Of a DNA stretch of 64,000 bases, positions 40,594 through 51,089 are shown piece by piece. The first letter of the stretch is position 1; each line of letters opens with the position of its first letter. The stretch lies in the NCBI GenBank assembly GCA_045568235.1, contig JBJLBJ010000022.1, forward strand, positions 1,953 through 65,952, written 5' to 3'. The notes beneath the pieces were generated by a model that was given only the letters and a program-made list of their open reading frames with translations, did not search any database and was not told where the DNA came from. The DNA is from Candidatus Thalassarchaeaceae archaeon (GTDB taxonomy: Archaea; Thermoplasmatota; Poseidoniia; Poseidoniales; Thalassarchaeaceae). Made by a program: the position numbers and the translations under genes.

Positions 40594-40700
40594 TATATAC
40601 TCCTCCTATAATTTGAATGTCCGATTTCTGCACTGGCCCACGTGCGGGATTTTGTCTTCCTGATGGAGGGTGTTTAATGATTGAGGAAGAACTAGCTTCA
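40594..40700 (-). promoter_or_regulatory. Candidate structured 5' leader of nrdJ with SD and anti-SD
   Basis: SD GGAGGAG (40600-40606); 7-bp stem 40655-40661/40684-40690 enclosing CCCUCC. Confidence 0.35.
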
Positions 40701-40747
40701 AATCGCATCATTATTGATATTTTTTTTATTCTTCCACAGACGCCGAA

Positions 40748-41143
40748 TCATATTTTATTAATCTCTAATTCCCATGTTAATTTCATACCAGATCCAGTTA
40801 ACATTATTCCCACCGAACAAAGTTTTTGGTGACTGTATTCAATTATTCTGTTAACCAATTCTTTTGGAATATTTCCATTAATAACATATTTCATATGAAC
40901 AGATTCAAACGTCCTAGGACTTTCTTCTCTTCTTGTACCATCTATCTCTATCCATGCCTCATCCACATCTTTCATACGTTCTTTTAATCCTCCAATAACA
41001 TCAACAAATGAACATGCAGCATGTGCATGCAATAACATTTCCATCGGACTCGGATAGTCTTTTCCATAAATTCCAAATTTTTTCCCTCCTTCCGTAATTC
41101 CTTCCATTGTTTTATCTTCTACCCATCGAACCGTCCCTTTCAT
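40748..41143 (-). CDS. OsmC/YhfA family protein
   Basis: PSPMEMLL.A.AACS..DV and KLCSV two-Cys pattern. Confidence 0.88.
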   Translation of the reverse strand: MKGTVRWVEDKTMEGITEGGKKFGIYGKDYPSPMEMLLHAHAACSFVDVIGGLKERMKDVDEAWIEIDGTRREESPRTFESVHMKYVINGNIPKELVNRIIEYSHQKLCSVGIMLTGSGMKLTWELEINKI

Positions 41144-41216
41144 GATTATAGCCAGTATAAACTAGGTCATGAGGGTTGGCTTCTTCAATGACGGTCTTCT
41201 GGCGTATATGATATAC

Positions 41217-42446
41217 ATGACAGAGGGACATAAAGTTACTATGCAAGATGGTAAATTATCCATTCCGAACAATCCTATAATTCATTATATTGAGGGAGAT
41301 GGCATAGGCATAGATATCACACCTGTAATGATTGATGTTGTAAATGCAGCAGTGGAAAAAGCATATTCCGAATCTAAGAAAATCCATTGGCGTGAGGTTT
41401 TAGCAGGACAAAAAGCATTTGATAGAACTGGAGAATGGTTGCCAGAAGAGACATTAGAAGCAATGCGAACAGGTCTAATTTCAATAAAAGGACCGCTTAC
41501 AACACCAGTTGGAGGGGGGATTAGAAGCCTCAATGTTGCACTCCGACAAAAATTAGATCTTTTTGCATGTGTTAGACCAGTTAGGTGGTATGAAGGAACT
41601 CCTAGTCCGGTTAAATCTCCAGAAGATGTCGACATGATTATCTTTCGAGAAAATAGCGAGGATGTTTATGCTGGAATAGAATGGGAGGCTGGTAGCCCTC
41701 AAGTAAAAAAAATAATTAATTTCTTACAAGAAGAAATGAACGTCGATAAAATTAGATTCCCAGAGACTAGTGGGATAGGTATCAAACCGATTAGTAAAGA
41801 AGGCACTCACAGGATAGTAAGAGCAGCAATTAATTATGCAATTGAACAAGATATGAAAAATGTTACTATAGTGCATAAAGGTAATATAATGAAATTTACA
41901 GAAGGAGGTTTTAGAGATTGGGGTTATCAGTTAGCTAAAGATGAGTTTGCTGCTATTGAATTAGACGGTGGTCCCTGGTGTACTATCAACAACCCAAAAA
42001 ATGACAATCAAATTATAATTAAAGATGTAATTGCAGATGCAATGCTCCAACAAATACTATCTAGGCCAAGAGAATATAGCGTTTTAACTACAATGAACCT
42101 TAATGGAGACTATATATCAGATGCATTGGCAGCTCAAGTTGGTGGCATAGGTATAGCACCTGGTGCAAACATTAACTATGATACTGGAATATCAATATTT
42201 GAAGCAACACATGGCACCGCTCCCAAATACACAGGTCAAAATAAAGTAAATCCTGGTTCACTGATACTGTCTGCTGAAATGATGTTACGCCATATGGGAT
42301 GGAATGAAGCAGCAGATTTGATTGTCAGAGGCATGGAAGGAGCAATTTCTGCAAAAACTGTTACATATGATTTTGAAAGATTAATGGATGATGCCACACT
42401 TCTTTCCTGTTCTTCCTTTGGAGAAGCAATAATTAATCACATGTGA
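41217..42446 (+). CDS. icd: NADP-dependent isocitrate dehydrogenase (bacterial-like dimeric type)
   Basis: [53 protein letters not shown]. Confidence 0.97.
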   Translation: MTEGHKVTMQDGKLSIPNNPIIHYIEGDGIGIDITPVMIDVVNAAVEKAYSESKKIHWREVLAGQKAFDRTGEWLPEETLEAMRTGLISIKGPLTTPVGGGIRSLNVALRQKLDLFACVRPVRWYEGTPSPVKSPEDVDMIIFRENSEDVYAGIEWEAGSPQVKKIINFLQEEMNVDKIRFPETSGIGIKPISKEGTHRIVRAAINYAIEQDMKNVTIVHKGNIMKFTEGGFRDWGYQLAKDEFAAIELDGGPWCTINNPKNDNQIIIKDVIADAMLQQILSRPREYSVLTTMNLNGDYISDALAAQVGGIGIAPGANINYDTGISIFEATHGTAPKYTGQNKVNPGSLILSAEMMLRHMGWNEAADLIVRGMEGAISAKTVTYDFERLMDDATLLSCSSFGEAIINHM

Positions 42447-42453
42447 AATTAAA

Positions 42454-44808
42454 TTATTCTTCAGAATGATGGACTTTATTTTCAAAACCGTCCGAATTTC
42501 TTTGTAGCCATTTAGGTGACCACCAATTCAAATCGCCCATTAACCTCATTGTTGAAGGAACAACCAATGCACGAACAATCGTCGCATCGACGGCTACCCC
42601 GAGTGCCAGCATGAATCCGAATTGCATCATAAGTGAAACCGACGAGAAGCCAAAGGCCGAGAAGACGGTGACCATTACTAGAGCAGCAGATGTGATTATT
42701 CGACCACTTTTTTGCAGCCCGGTGGCTACAGCCATCGTATTGTCACCTGTTCTCTCCCATTCTTCGTGAATTCTGGAGAGCATCAGTACTTCGTAATCCA
42801 TGCTTAGCCCAAACAAAATAGCGAAAATCATCACAGGCGTTGTTGGATCTATAGGTTGAGGAGTAAAGTTGAGCAGTTCCGCTCCGTTTCCCTCTTGAAA
42901 AACCCATACCAGTATTCCGAATGAGGCACTTACTGATAGTATATTCATCACGAGGGCTTTCAGAGGTAGAATTATCGATCTTACTTGTAGGAAAATCAGT
43001 AGATAGCTAGAAGCTAGTATGAACATCAGGGCAATTGGTAAATTCTCCATGACAGCATCTAAGACATCTTGGTTATAAGCAGCGAAGCCTGCAACATTGA
43101 CTTCCGAAACTCCTCCAAACTGACCTTCCTTCCCATTCAACTTTCTTATCTCTTGAACGACCATTCTAGACGACTCGCTACTTTGATCTCCTTCGATGGC
43201 TACTTGCACGAGAACCACTCCATCTCCAATAGACGAATCAGCATAGAATTTTCTTTCCATTCTAAGAGCCTCTGCCTCATCTGATGATAGCTCACTATCA
43301 GCCGAAACATCCCAGAAATCGACGACATTGTCTTCAGTCCAGCTTGAATTAAAATGTGCATAAGTGAAGACATAATTGGCGCCTTCGATAGACAATATAT
43401 CTTTAGAAAATGAGTACAAACTTCTGATATTTTCTTCAGAAAATACATCTGTACCTGGTTGAATCTCGTAAACAATCAGAGCGGTGTTTGAAACTTCCTG
43501 AGGCCAATTTTCATCTGTCAACTCCATGCCGCTTCTAGCTTCATTATCCGGGCTCAAGGCCTTCCAAGAGGTGATGCCCCACTCTGCTTGAAGGAACGGA
43601 GCCCCTGCTGCCAAAAGAATTAGAACGCAGGGAATCAAAAATGAGAACGGTTTGTCCATAACCTTTCTAGCTAAATCTGACCAAAAACCATCATCAGATA
43701 TCTCTGTGCTGAGGCCCAAAGGAACCTTTCCGAAATTTATCTTATCTCCGAGTATTGCTAGTATAGATGGGAGTAGAATAACCGAAGAAGTGAGCGCTAC
43801 CAAAGTTGCACAAATACCACCCCAGCCCAGTGACGGTAGTCCGGTATTATCGAAGAATAACATCCCGGTCAAGCCTGCAATTACTGTTAGACCTGAAAAC
43901 AGAATAGCCCTTCCAGCGGTCGCGCTAGTCATTGCGATAGCCGTCCGCTTGTCATGCCCTCTGCCTAATTCTTCTCTGAATCTATTTACTATAAACAGCG
44001 AATAATCAACGCTCAGCCCAATACCCAGCAAAGATACGATATTTACGGCATAAACTGTGAGATCATCGACAACGTACGTAAGACCATGAATTATACCGAC
44101 CGCGGCTATTACAGTGTAGATTCCAGACAGTGCGGGTAGGCTTGCAGAGACCACAGTACCAAATACAAACAATAGAATGAGTATAGTCAAGGGGGCCGAA
44201 ATCAATTCTGCTCTCAGAAGCTCTTCTTTGAGAACCAGATCGAAGGTAATGTCAATTGCCAAATTATCTGTGAGGTACTTTTCCATTCCCTCTGGGGCAT
44301 TATCCGGTAGTTCTATATCCTGATAAATCTCCTTCAGGAGGATTTTAGAGTCCTCTCTGTTCATGTTTACCTTGATGTATACCCTGGACCATGAAGAGTC
44401 GATACTACTTACTAACGTAGATCGATTTGCTTCATTCGTCTCCCAAGGAACTTCTATATCGATGTTTTCATTTCTAGAAAGTACTTCAATGGCCGACTGA
44501 ATAGCAGAGATTACCTCATCATCATCATAAGCATGCCCGGGGTGATGGAATAGAACGTAGAAGGACTCGAAAGCCGTTTCGTTAGGGTCAGAGAAACCTT
44601 CTCCGGCCGCTTCCCAACCATCAACAGATTCTAGATCTCCTTCTCCATAACCCTCGATATATTGTGGCTCTAGTGTAATCATGTAACCCAGACCGGCACA
44701 AAGTAGCAAGGAGCACATTAGCACGACATGTGCATTATCATAAACAAAACCACCCATTTTAAAATAAAGGCGATTCTCTAATCTAGCAGGGTCAGTAGCA
44801 CCTTCCAT
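42454..44808 (-). CDS. MMPL/RND family transporter (YdfJ-like)
   Basis: Two TM bundles with GIGLSVDYSLFIVNRFREE and FGLSMDYEVLMLSRIHEE; GRIITSAA; NWWSPKWL. Confidence 0.93.
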   Translation of the reverse strand: MEGATDPARLENRLYFKMGGFVYDNAHVVLMCSLLLCAGLGYMITLEPQYIEGYGEGDLESVDGWEAAGEGFSDPNETAFESFYVLFHHPGHAYDDDEVISAIQSAIEVLSRNENIDIEVPWETNEANRSTLVSSIDSSWSRVYIKVNMNREDSKILLKEIYQDIELPDNAPEGMEKYLTDNLAIDITFDLVLKEELLRAELISAPLTILILLFVFGTVVSASLPALSGIYTVIAAVGIIHGLTYVVDDLTVYAVNIVSLLGIGLSVDYSLFIVNRFREELGRGHDKRTAIAMTSATAGRAILFSGLTVIAGLTGMLFFDNTGLPSLGWGGICATLVALTSSVILLPSILAILGDKINFGKVPLGLSTEISDDGFWSDLARKVMDKPFSFLIPCVLILLAAGAPFLQAEWGITSWKALSPDNEARSGMELTDENWPQEVSNTALIVYEIQPGTDVFSEENIRSLYSFSKDILSIEGANYVFTYAHFNSSWTEDNVVDFWDVSADSELSSDEAEALRMERKFYADSSIGDGVVLVQVAIEGDQSSESSRMVVQEIRKLNGKEGQFGGVSEVNVAGFAAYNQDVLDAVMENLPIALMFILASSYLLIFLQVRSIILPLKALVMNILSVSASFGILVWVFQEGNGAELLNFTPQPIDPTTPVMIFAILFGLSMDYEVLMLSRIHEEWERTGDNTMAVATGLQKSGRIITSAALVMVTVFSAFGFSSVSLMMQFGFMLALGVAVDATIVRALVVPSTMRLMGDLNWWSPKWLQRNSDGFENKVHHSEE

Positions 44809-44954
44809 AACACCGGCCTAATACTGAGGTATTTGAATTATTGATTACATAGTTTAATCTAAGTGTAATTTTAAAATTTAGTGTAAATTCAACAACATGT
44901 TGTAATCGTTTTCACTATTTTATTTATTAATATATACAATTTCAGAAAATTTAG

Positions 44955-46013
44955 GTGGAAGTTTTGAGTAAAGGAAAGAATGAAAAGAAATTTCATTTTT
45001 CTCATTTAAGAGCAGCAGTTTATCAAAAAACTCCAAAACCATTGTTACCTAGTAAGCCAAAAATTTTGACTTTGTTAATTTTAATTCAACTTATTATGTT
45101 AATAATATCACCAGTTTGGAGAACATATCGCTTTTCCTGGATTATTCTTGGAGCATCAATTCCAGTTGCAGGATGGTTATTCATGAGATGGAGAATTTAC
45201 TCTTCAGTTTTTATCACTCCTTCTAGGGAATTAACAAATATTACAGACAGTCGCTGGCACGCTTTTACTTTTTTGGGATGGGGCAATGAAACTTTAAAAG
45301 CACATTATTTGGAATCTACTATTAGTAGTAAAGATGTTATCTTGTATCTCCATGGTTATAATTCTAGCTTGGGAAGGGGAGAATCTAGGTGCCAACATAT
45401 GAATACTATGGGGCCAAATATTTTTAGCTTAGATCAACGAGGATTCGGAGAACAAAAAGGAAAACACGAGTGGACTATCTTAAAAGTAATAGCAGATATT
45501 GAATTATTATTGGAAAAAATGCCTGCTGTTTTAGGATATACTCCTGAAAAATTATGGATATATGGCCATTCTATGGGGGGCTTTCTTACAATTCGACTTT
45601 CGTCATATTCTTCGGGCTGGTGGGATAAAGCACTCAGAGGCATTATTTTAGAATCTCCAGCCACCTCTTTCCCTCTTATTATTGAAAAAAAACTACCTGG
45701 AAGAGCCGTGATGGCAAATTCTTGGGTCAGACATATCCTTAGACGCGAATATCAACGTATACATCCAGATTTGAATGTAGGTTATGCCAATGCACAAATA
45801 CCTTTTTGGGGAGTACCTAAGGTACCAATATTGGTAATTCAGGCAGGAACTGACGAAACCCTTGGCAATGATCATTTTGAATTATTGAAACAACACTATC
45901 AGGATATTTCTGAAATACATGTTTTAGATTCTATGCCTCATACATCGGCAATAGATTCAATTGAAAGAAGAAAAATTTTCGAAAAATGGTTTTCAAATCA
46001 AATAAATTTGTAG
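44955..46013 (+). CDS. Alpha/beta hydrolase with N-terminal membrane anchor
   Basis: YLHGY, DQRGFG, GHSMGG nucleophile elbow, Asp (GTDET) and His (MPHT). Confidence 0.88.
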   Translation: MEVLSKGKNEKKFHFSHLRAAVYQKTPKPLLPSKPKILTLLILIQLIMLIISPVWRTYRFSWIILGASIPVAGWLFMRWRIYSSVFITPSRELTNITDSRWHAFTFLGWGNETLKAHYLESTISSKDVILYLHGYNSSLGRGESRCQHMNTMGPNIFSLDQRGFGEQKGKHEWTILKVIADIELLLEKMPAVLGYTPEKLWIYGHSMGGFLTIRLSSYSSGWWDKALRGIILESPATSFPLIIEKKLPGRAVMANSWVRHILRREYQRIHPDLNVGYANAQIPFWGVPKVPILVIQAGTDETLGNDHFELLKQHYQDISEIHVLDSMPHTSAIDSIERRKIFEKWFSNQINL

Positions 46014-46024
46014 AAACTAAATAT

Positions 46025-49000
46025 TCAAGAGACTTTTCTCAATATTCTCCTATTTAGCTCCTGTGCATCCCCGACTATTCCAAATCCAAATTCTTCTTCT
46101 AAAGATCTCGAGATTAATTTGAAATCACTATCCCTAGTTGCAATAATTACTTTTCCTATTTCTGGATTAATATTATTACATAATTCAGCCGCATAACGCA
46201 TTATTTGCATATCTCCTCCTTCAGGATAAATTTCTTGACCCTTTATTGTACTCCTCTTTGAATTATCCCCCCTACTCATTTTTTGTTTTGTTATCTCTTC
46301 AAATATATCTTTGTGTTGTATCATAAATTTTTCTAGGCCAATTTCTTTCATTCTTTCTTTATCAATTCTACAATCCCAATTACCAAATTCTTTACAAATC
46401 TGTTTTATCTTTTTATCAAGTAATGTTTTAGTTATTTTTTCATTCCATGTTTTGGAATTTATATATACATTTTTAGAAAATAATTCTAATACGTTTTCAG
46501 GAGTTTTGACTCTATTCAAAAATTCTGCCCTTACCATTGATGGAATGTTCATAAACATCATTTTTTCTTTACTCCTTCTTCTTAACATCCAATGGAACGA
46601 TCTGTCCCCAGTCCAGTTAAGACTTCCAAAACTATCGCCAGACATTTCCCGTAATAAATCATCTTTTAGAGTATCAATCAGAATATTTGTATCTACAATA
46701 ATTACCGGTTTTAGTGAAAGATTGCGTAACATACCTCTTTCTTTTATCGGTATGGATTGGCTATGCTGTACAAACATGGCACCGGCAACCCTTTCTAACG
46801 TAGTCTTATTATTTTCTGATAAATTAGGAGAAGAAATTGCACGTTCTAATTTCCGTAGTCCTCTGATAGGTGCATAATCTGCAATTTGATTTGCTATTGA
46901 TTGGATCTCATAAATATCCTTTTTTTCTCTAGACATTTCCTGTTCAAATTTTAAATCAAGCTCTGATCGGTGTGTATTTTCTATTCTTTGTAATCCACGT
47001 ATTGCCGCCTTCACTCGCCCTTGAAATGGAGATTTTGGTAATGGAGGATCCAATTCTTCTGGATATCGCATAAGAAGCTCTAAAGCTTCTATTTGTGCCC
47101 CCCTACTCTCTTTAATATCTGACATTTCAGATTGTACTTCTTTTAATGCATATTCATGTAGTCTATTTCTTGCCTTGTCTTTTTTGTTCCCCATTTCATC
47201 ATTACAAACGTTGAGGTATAATTGAAATCTTTCTGTCACTGAGGCAGATAGTGTAGGTTTCGAATTGATTAGATTTACGGAATTATTCCATCCTCCACCA
47301 TGTGCATAAGATATTAGTGCCTTTCTCATAATTAATGCATATTTTTCAAAATCATATTTGATTTTTTTTGCTGCATCCTGATATTCTCTTGCGGCCTGAA
47401 TGTAATTCCCTTGTGAACTTTGTATTGTAGCCTTAATAAGTCTAGAATCTAAACTATTATTGTCATTTTTTCTATACCATTTTTCCAAGGGAATTATTCC
47501 TTCAGCAATTATTTTCCCATGCTCAATAATCATTTCAATGATAAATTTTACATTCTGCATAGAAATATCATTTTTAGAGGTTATCGAAATCAAAGCACTA
47601 TTCGCATCTGCAACCCTATCTGACATGCCACTTTCTATATCCATTGCAATTCTATTTAGCAACAAAGAATCACCTAGAGATTTAAATAACCGTCTTTCCA
47701 AATAATCTAAATTTGCAATTTTTATCGAGTCTTCTAGTTTTTGTATCGATTTCGCACTAACTCTACTATCGCCTTCAGGAGATAATGCCCTACGCACTTC
47801 ATTTAGAGCCAATAAACCATCTGAATCCAATTTTTGATTAATTATACTCATATCTCTTGGAATACCATCGAGAAGAGATATGAGTGCCTTAGATACTTCG
47901 GAAAGAATCAAATCTTCAGGAGAATCAGTAATTGATTTCAACGCACTGTCTCTTAAACCTTCTAATTCATTGGTTATATTTTTTGCATTTTTTGCACTAA
48001 TCATGTGCCAAATCATTAATACACGTTCTGGATAAACTTTAGCTAATGATACATTCTCTACCAAAACTCTTGCTAGACTTTCAATATCTGCAACATCGGT
48101 AAAAATATCTAAAATATCACTCATATACCTAATCGAATCAAACTGTAAAACCCTGTTTGCCGCTTTAATTCTTATTTTATTATTACAACCCGAATCTTTT
48201 GCAACCATTAAAAGTCCTTCTTCATCTAAATTATCCAAGGATAGATTTATTATCGACCCTATATCCTTTTTTGAGTTTATTTTTAATGCAATTTTTAGTT
48301 GTTCGTTGTTTCTAATCATTAAATCATTTACTGTATCATAAGCCTGCTCTAATTCATTTATTTCAAACAATTTAAAAACCAATTTCCAGATAATGAAGTC
48401 TGGTACTTTCTTTTCTGAATTAGACAAAACACCAATACCAAAACGCAACTCTTCAATAGTAAAATCTCTCTCAATATTCTCAATTTGCTTCCATGCAGTA
48501 GTTCTAATTGATTGTGATAATAAATCTTCTTTTTCTATTTTGGAATCTTCCTCCCAATTAGTTAAGTTACCAGCACGTAATTTTAATAATCTAACTTGTT
48601 TTTTTGCCACATCAACAATTGATTTTTCAGATATATTGTCTAAGACTTTGATAGCATCATCGTGTTTACAGCAGGCGAGTATCATGCCCTCAACCAGTGC
48701 CATTTCCTTACTTTGATTTCTTAGAATAGGAGTAATCCATTTATTCCATTCTGAAAATCGAGGTTTATTAGCCATATCTTTTTTTATTTTTTGAATTACC
48801 TTTAATTGGTCAGTTTTTGCATTAAACGGCAAATTCATATCTAACCATGCTTTCAACTCTACTGTATTTTCTGGATCAAAATAGGAACTATTAATCCAAA
48901 GCGACGAATCTTCATGCTTTTTACTATCATGATTTATTTTGAATCTACTAAGTTCAGCAAAAATACTAGCTTCTTTGGCCAATTTATTCCAAACGGGGTG

Positions 49001-49420
49001 TATCCCATTTTCACAGGATTTTCTTAAAATATCTAAATGTGAATCCCATTCTAAATTCCATGAATTTTCCATTTTTATTTTTTGTGCTATTAAAACAGCC
49101 AATTTGTACCCTTCTGACTCTTTAGATAGCATTACGTCAGATGGATGCTCTAAATTATCTTCAAAACTCCTTCTAAGTCCCTTTCCACCCCTCCTTCCAA
49201 TTTTTTTGTTATGGTTTGAATTAATACTTTTGAGATTTCCGAATTCATCCTTGCTTACTTCTGGTAAACTTTCTTTTTTAGCTGCCAATGCAACCAAAGC
49301 TCTCCATTCTTTGTTCAAAAGATCCCATGCCGATATCTTTTGAACTCTATTCAGTCTCCTTTTTTTATCTTCACCAGACTGAGACAAAGAATCTAGACAT
49401 TCAAGAAGATACTGCTCCAT
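46025..49420 (-). CDS. Large helical-repeat (TPR-like) protein with C-terminal PIN domain
   Basis: PIN motifs IIVDTNILID, VRAEF, GGDMQI, IATRDSDF in the last ~230 aa; upstream region all helical with TPR-like units. Confidence 0.75.
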   Translation of the reverse strand: MEQYLLECLDSLSQSGEDKKRRLNRVQKISAWDLLNKEWRALVALAAKKESLPEVSKDEFGNLKSINSNHNKKIGRRGGKGLRRSFEDNLEHPSDVMLSKESEGYKLAVLIAQKIKMENSWNLEWDSHLDILRKSCENGIHPVWNKLAKEASIFAELSRFKINHDSKKHEDSSLWINSSYFDPENTVELKAWLDMNLPFNAKTDQLKVIQKIKKDMANKPRFSEWNKWITPILRNQSKEMALVEGMILACCKHDDAIKVLDNISEKSIVDVAKKQVRLLKLRAGNLTNWEEDSKIEKEDLLSQSIRTTAWKQIENIERDFTIEELRFGIGVLSNSEKKVPDFIIWKLVFKLFEINELEQAYDTVNDLMIRNNEQLKIALKINSKKDIGSIINLSLDNLDEEGLLMVAKDSGCNNKIRIKAANRVLQFDSIRYMSDILDIFTDVADIESLARVLVENVSLAKVYPERVLMIWHMISAKNAKNITNELEGLRDSALKSITDSPEDLILSEVSKALISLLDGIPRDMSIINQKLDSDGLLALNEVRRALSPEGDSRVSAKSIQKLEDSIKIANLDYLERRLFKSLGDSLLLNRIAMDIESGMSDRVADANSALISITSKNDISMQNVKFIIEMIIEHGKIIAEGIIPLEKWYRKNDNNSLDSRLIKATIQSSQGNYIQAAREYQDAAKKIKYDFEKYALIMRKALISYAHGGGWNNSVNLINSKPTLSASVTERFQLYLNVCNDEMGNKKDKARNRLHEYALKEVQSEMSDIKESRGAQIEALELLMRYPEELDPPLPKSPFQGRVKAAIRGLQRIENTHRSELDLKFEQEMSREKKDIYEIQSIANQIADYAPIRGLRKLERAISSPNLSENNKTTLERVAGAMFVQHSQSIPIKERGMLRNLSLKPVIIVDTNILIDTLKDDLLREMSGDSFGSLNWTGDRSFHWMLRRRSKEKMMFMNIPSMVRAEFLNRVKTPENVLELFSKNVYINSKTWNEKITKTLLDKKIKQICKEFGNWDCRIDKERMKEIGLEKFMIQHKDIFEEITKQKMSRGDNSKRSTIKGQEIYPEGGDMQIMRYAAELCNNINPEIGKVIIATRDSDFKLISRSLEEEFGFGIVGDAQELNRRILRKVS

Positions 49421-49525
49421 CCGAACTCACTAATCAGTGCCCTTTAGCAATCATACATCAATACATCGCCCACATAATCAAATTATACAACAGAGAACTC
49501 AAGTCATACACACCTACCGAGTTAT

Positions 49526-49990
49526 ATGAATGTCATATTGGGTGTTGTGATTCTTCTTCATCCTATTGCCGCTTTAATATTAATTTGGATATTTATGAAA
49601 CAACGAAAATGGAGACAAAATAGGCCTCTTTTACAAGAGCAAAACTATCAAATTTTACTTGAAGTGCATAGATCAAATGGAAATAAATTAATGCTTGGAA
49701 CAATATTTGTAGTTTTTTTGGCTTTTGTTGCAGGATTTTTTCGAGCATGGATTGATGATGTCCCAATTTATAGTTATATAATGCCTAATAATTTTCATGC
49801 TTCCGGAGGTTTATTGGGGGCAATATTAATGTTTATTCTTTGGAGGTCTGGACATTCAACAAATAAAAAAATAGGTACAGATTCTTTTTCTAGAACTAGA
49901 AATTTACATGGAAGAATTGGAGATATTATGTCCATACTTGTAGTTATTCACGCCTTTTTAGGATTTTTATATCTTTTACAAATAATTTAA
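49526..49990 (+). CDS. DUF4079-like 4-TM membrane protein (possible heme-b binding)
   Basis: Four TM with spaced His residues (LHP, VHR..G, FHA..G, LHG..G). Confidence 0.65.
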   Translation: MNVILGVVILLHPIAALILIWIFMKQRKWRQNRPLLQEQNYQILLEVHRSNGNKLMLGTIFVVFLAFVAGFFRAWIDDVPIYSYIMPNNFHASGGLLGAILMFILWRSGHSTNKKIGTDSFSRTRNLHGRIGDIMSILVVIHAFLGFLYLLQII

Positions 49991-50980
49991 AATATTTTCA
50001 CTCCACATTCTAATCCATTCATTTAAATTATCATCGATATCTTTCTTCTCCATCTTTCTTTTATTTGATTTCTTTTTTTCAATAATTTTAATTCTGCAAC
50101 CACAGGCATTAGGATGACCACCTCCTTCTGAATCAAACCTCTTTGCTAATTTTGTTAAATCATAAATACCACTATTTTTATGCAAAAATGAATTAGTATA
50201 GAAAGAGGCCGAAACTGGGTATTTTGGATAATCTTCAAACGAAGCACCTAAATTCCCATGTATTACAATACATGCATCACATTCGTTACCAGCCATTGCA
50301 GTTACACTATAACCATTTGAGCGGATTCCATAGCCTTCAAAATTCACTATGGCCAGTCTATTAATTATCTTCATCTTATCTCTTATGATTTCCATAATTT
50401 TATATTGCTCTTCCCTTTTTTCAAATAAACGAGAAATGATACTATCATCTTTTAAAATAGTATTTATGGATAAACCATCTTCTAATAACTTCAAAATATG
50501 TAATGCAATTTTTGAATCATCAGCAATTATTCTCCCTAACCATAATACATTATTTTCTGATAGATATTCTTCTTTCGATATATTTCCACTATCGAATTTA
50601 TCAACCCATAATAACAATTCATTCAAATCAGTAAGATCTAGTTCCGTGGATATAATATTGTATGCTATTCGAGATGCTGAAGGAGAATCTTCCCAAGCCA
50701 TAATGCCTTCAATATCTAAATCTTTATTCGGCTTGTTAGATTGATGATGATCGATATTTAATCCACAATTAGCACGATATGGTAAATCACAAATTGCAGT
50801 ATAAATATCTATTCTTTCATCTAATTTACCTGATCTTAATTGTCCAGGTTGTGTGAAGATTATCTCGGCATCTTTCCAATACCTCTTCAATATCGCTCCT
50901 GTAACCACACCATCTAGATCAGTATCAGTAATTATACGTTTTATATCTAATGATAAAATTTCTTCATACATCTTTTTCAC
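49976..50980 (-). CDS. DHH/DHHA1 family phosphoesterase (nanoRNase/pAp phosphatase-like)
   Basis: DTDLDG, CDLPY, IDHH, PSASR, GGGHPNACG motifs. Confidence 0.88.
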   Translation of the reverse strand: MKKMYEEILSLDIKRIITDTDLDGVVTGAILKRYWKDAEIIFTQPGQLRSGKLDERIDIYTAICDLPYRANCGLNIDHHQSNKPNKDLDIEGIMAWEDSPSASRIAYNIISTELDLTDLNELLLWVDKFDSGNISKEEYLSENNVLWLGRIIADDSKIALHILKLLEDGLSINTILKDDSIISRLFEKREEQYKIMEIIRDKMKIINRLAIVNFEGYGIRSNGYSVTAMAGNECDACIVIHGNLGASFEDYPKYPVSASFYTNSFLHKNSGIYDLTKLAKRFDSEGGGHPNACGCRIKIIEKKKSNKRKMEKKDIDDNLNEWIRMWSENILNYL

Positions 50981-51089
50981 ATCGTGCTTGTAATTTACAG
51001 TAATTTTTTTGAACGAATAACAAATAATATTTATATTTTTTAATCATTTATAGAAAATTACGATACGTAAACCCTTCTTCGGAAGAATC

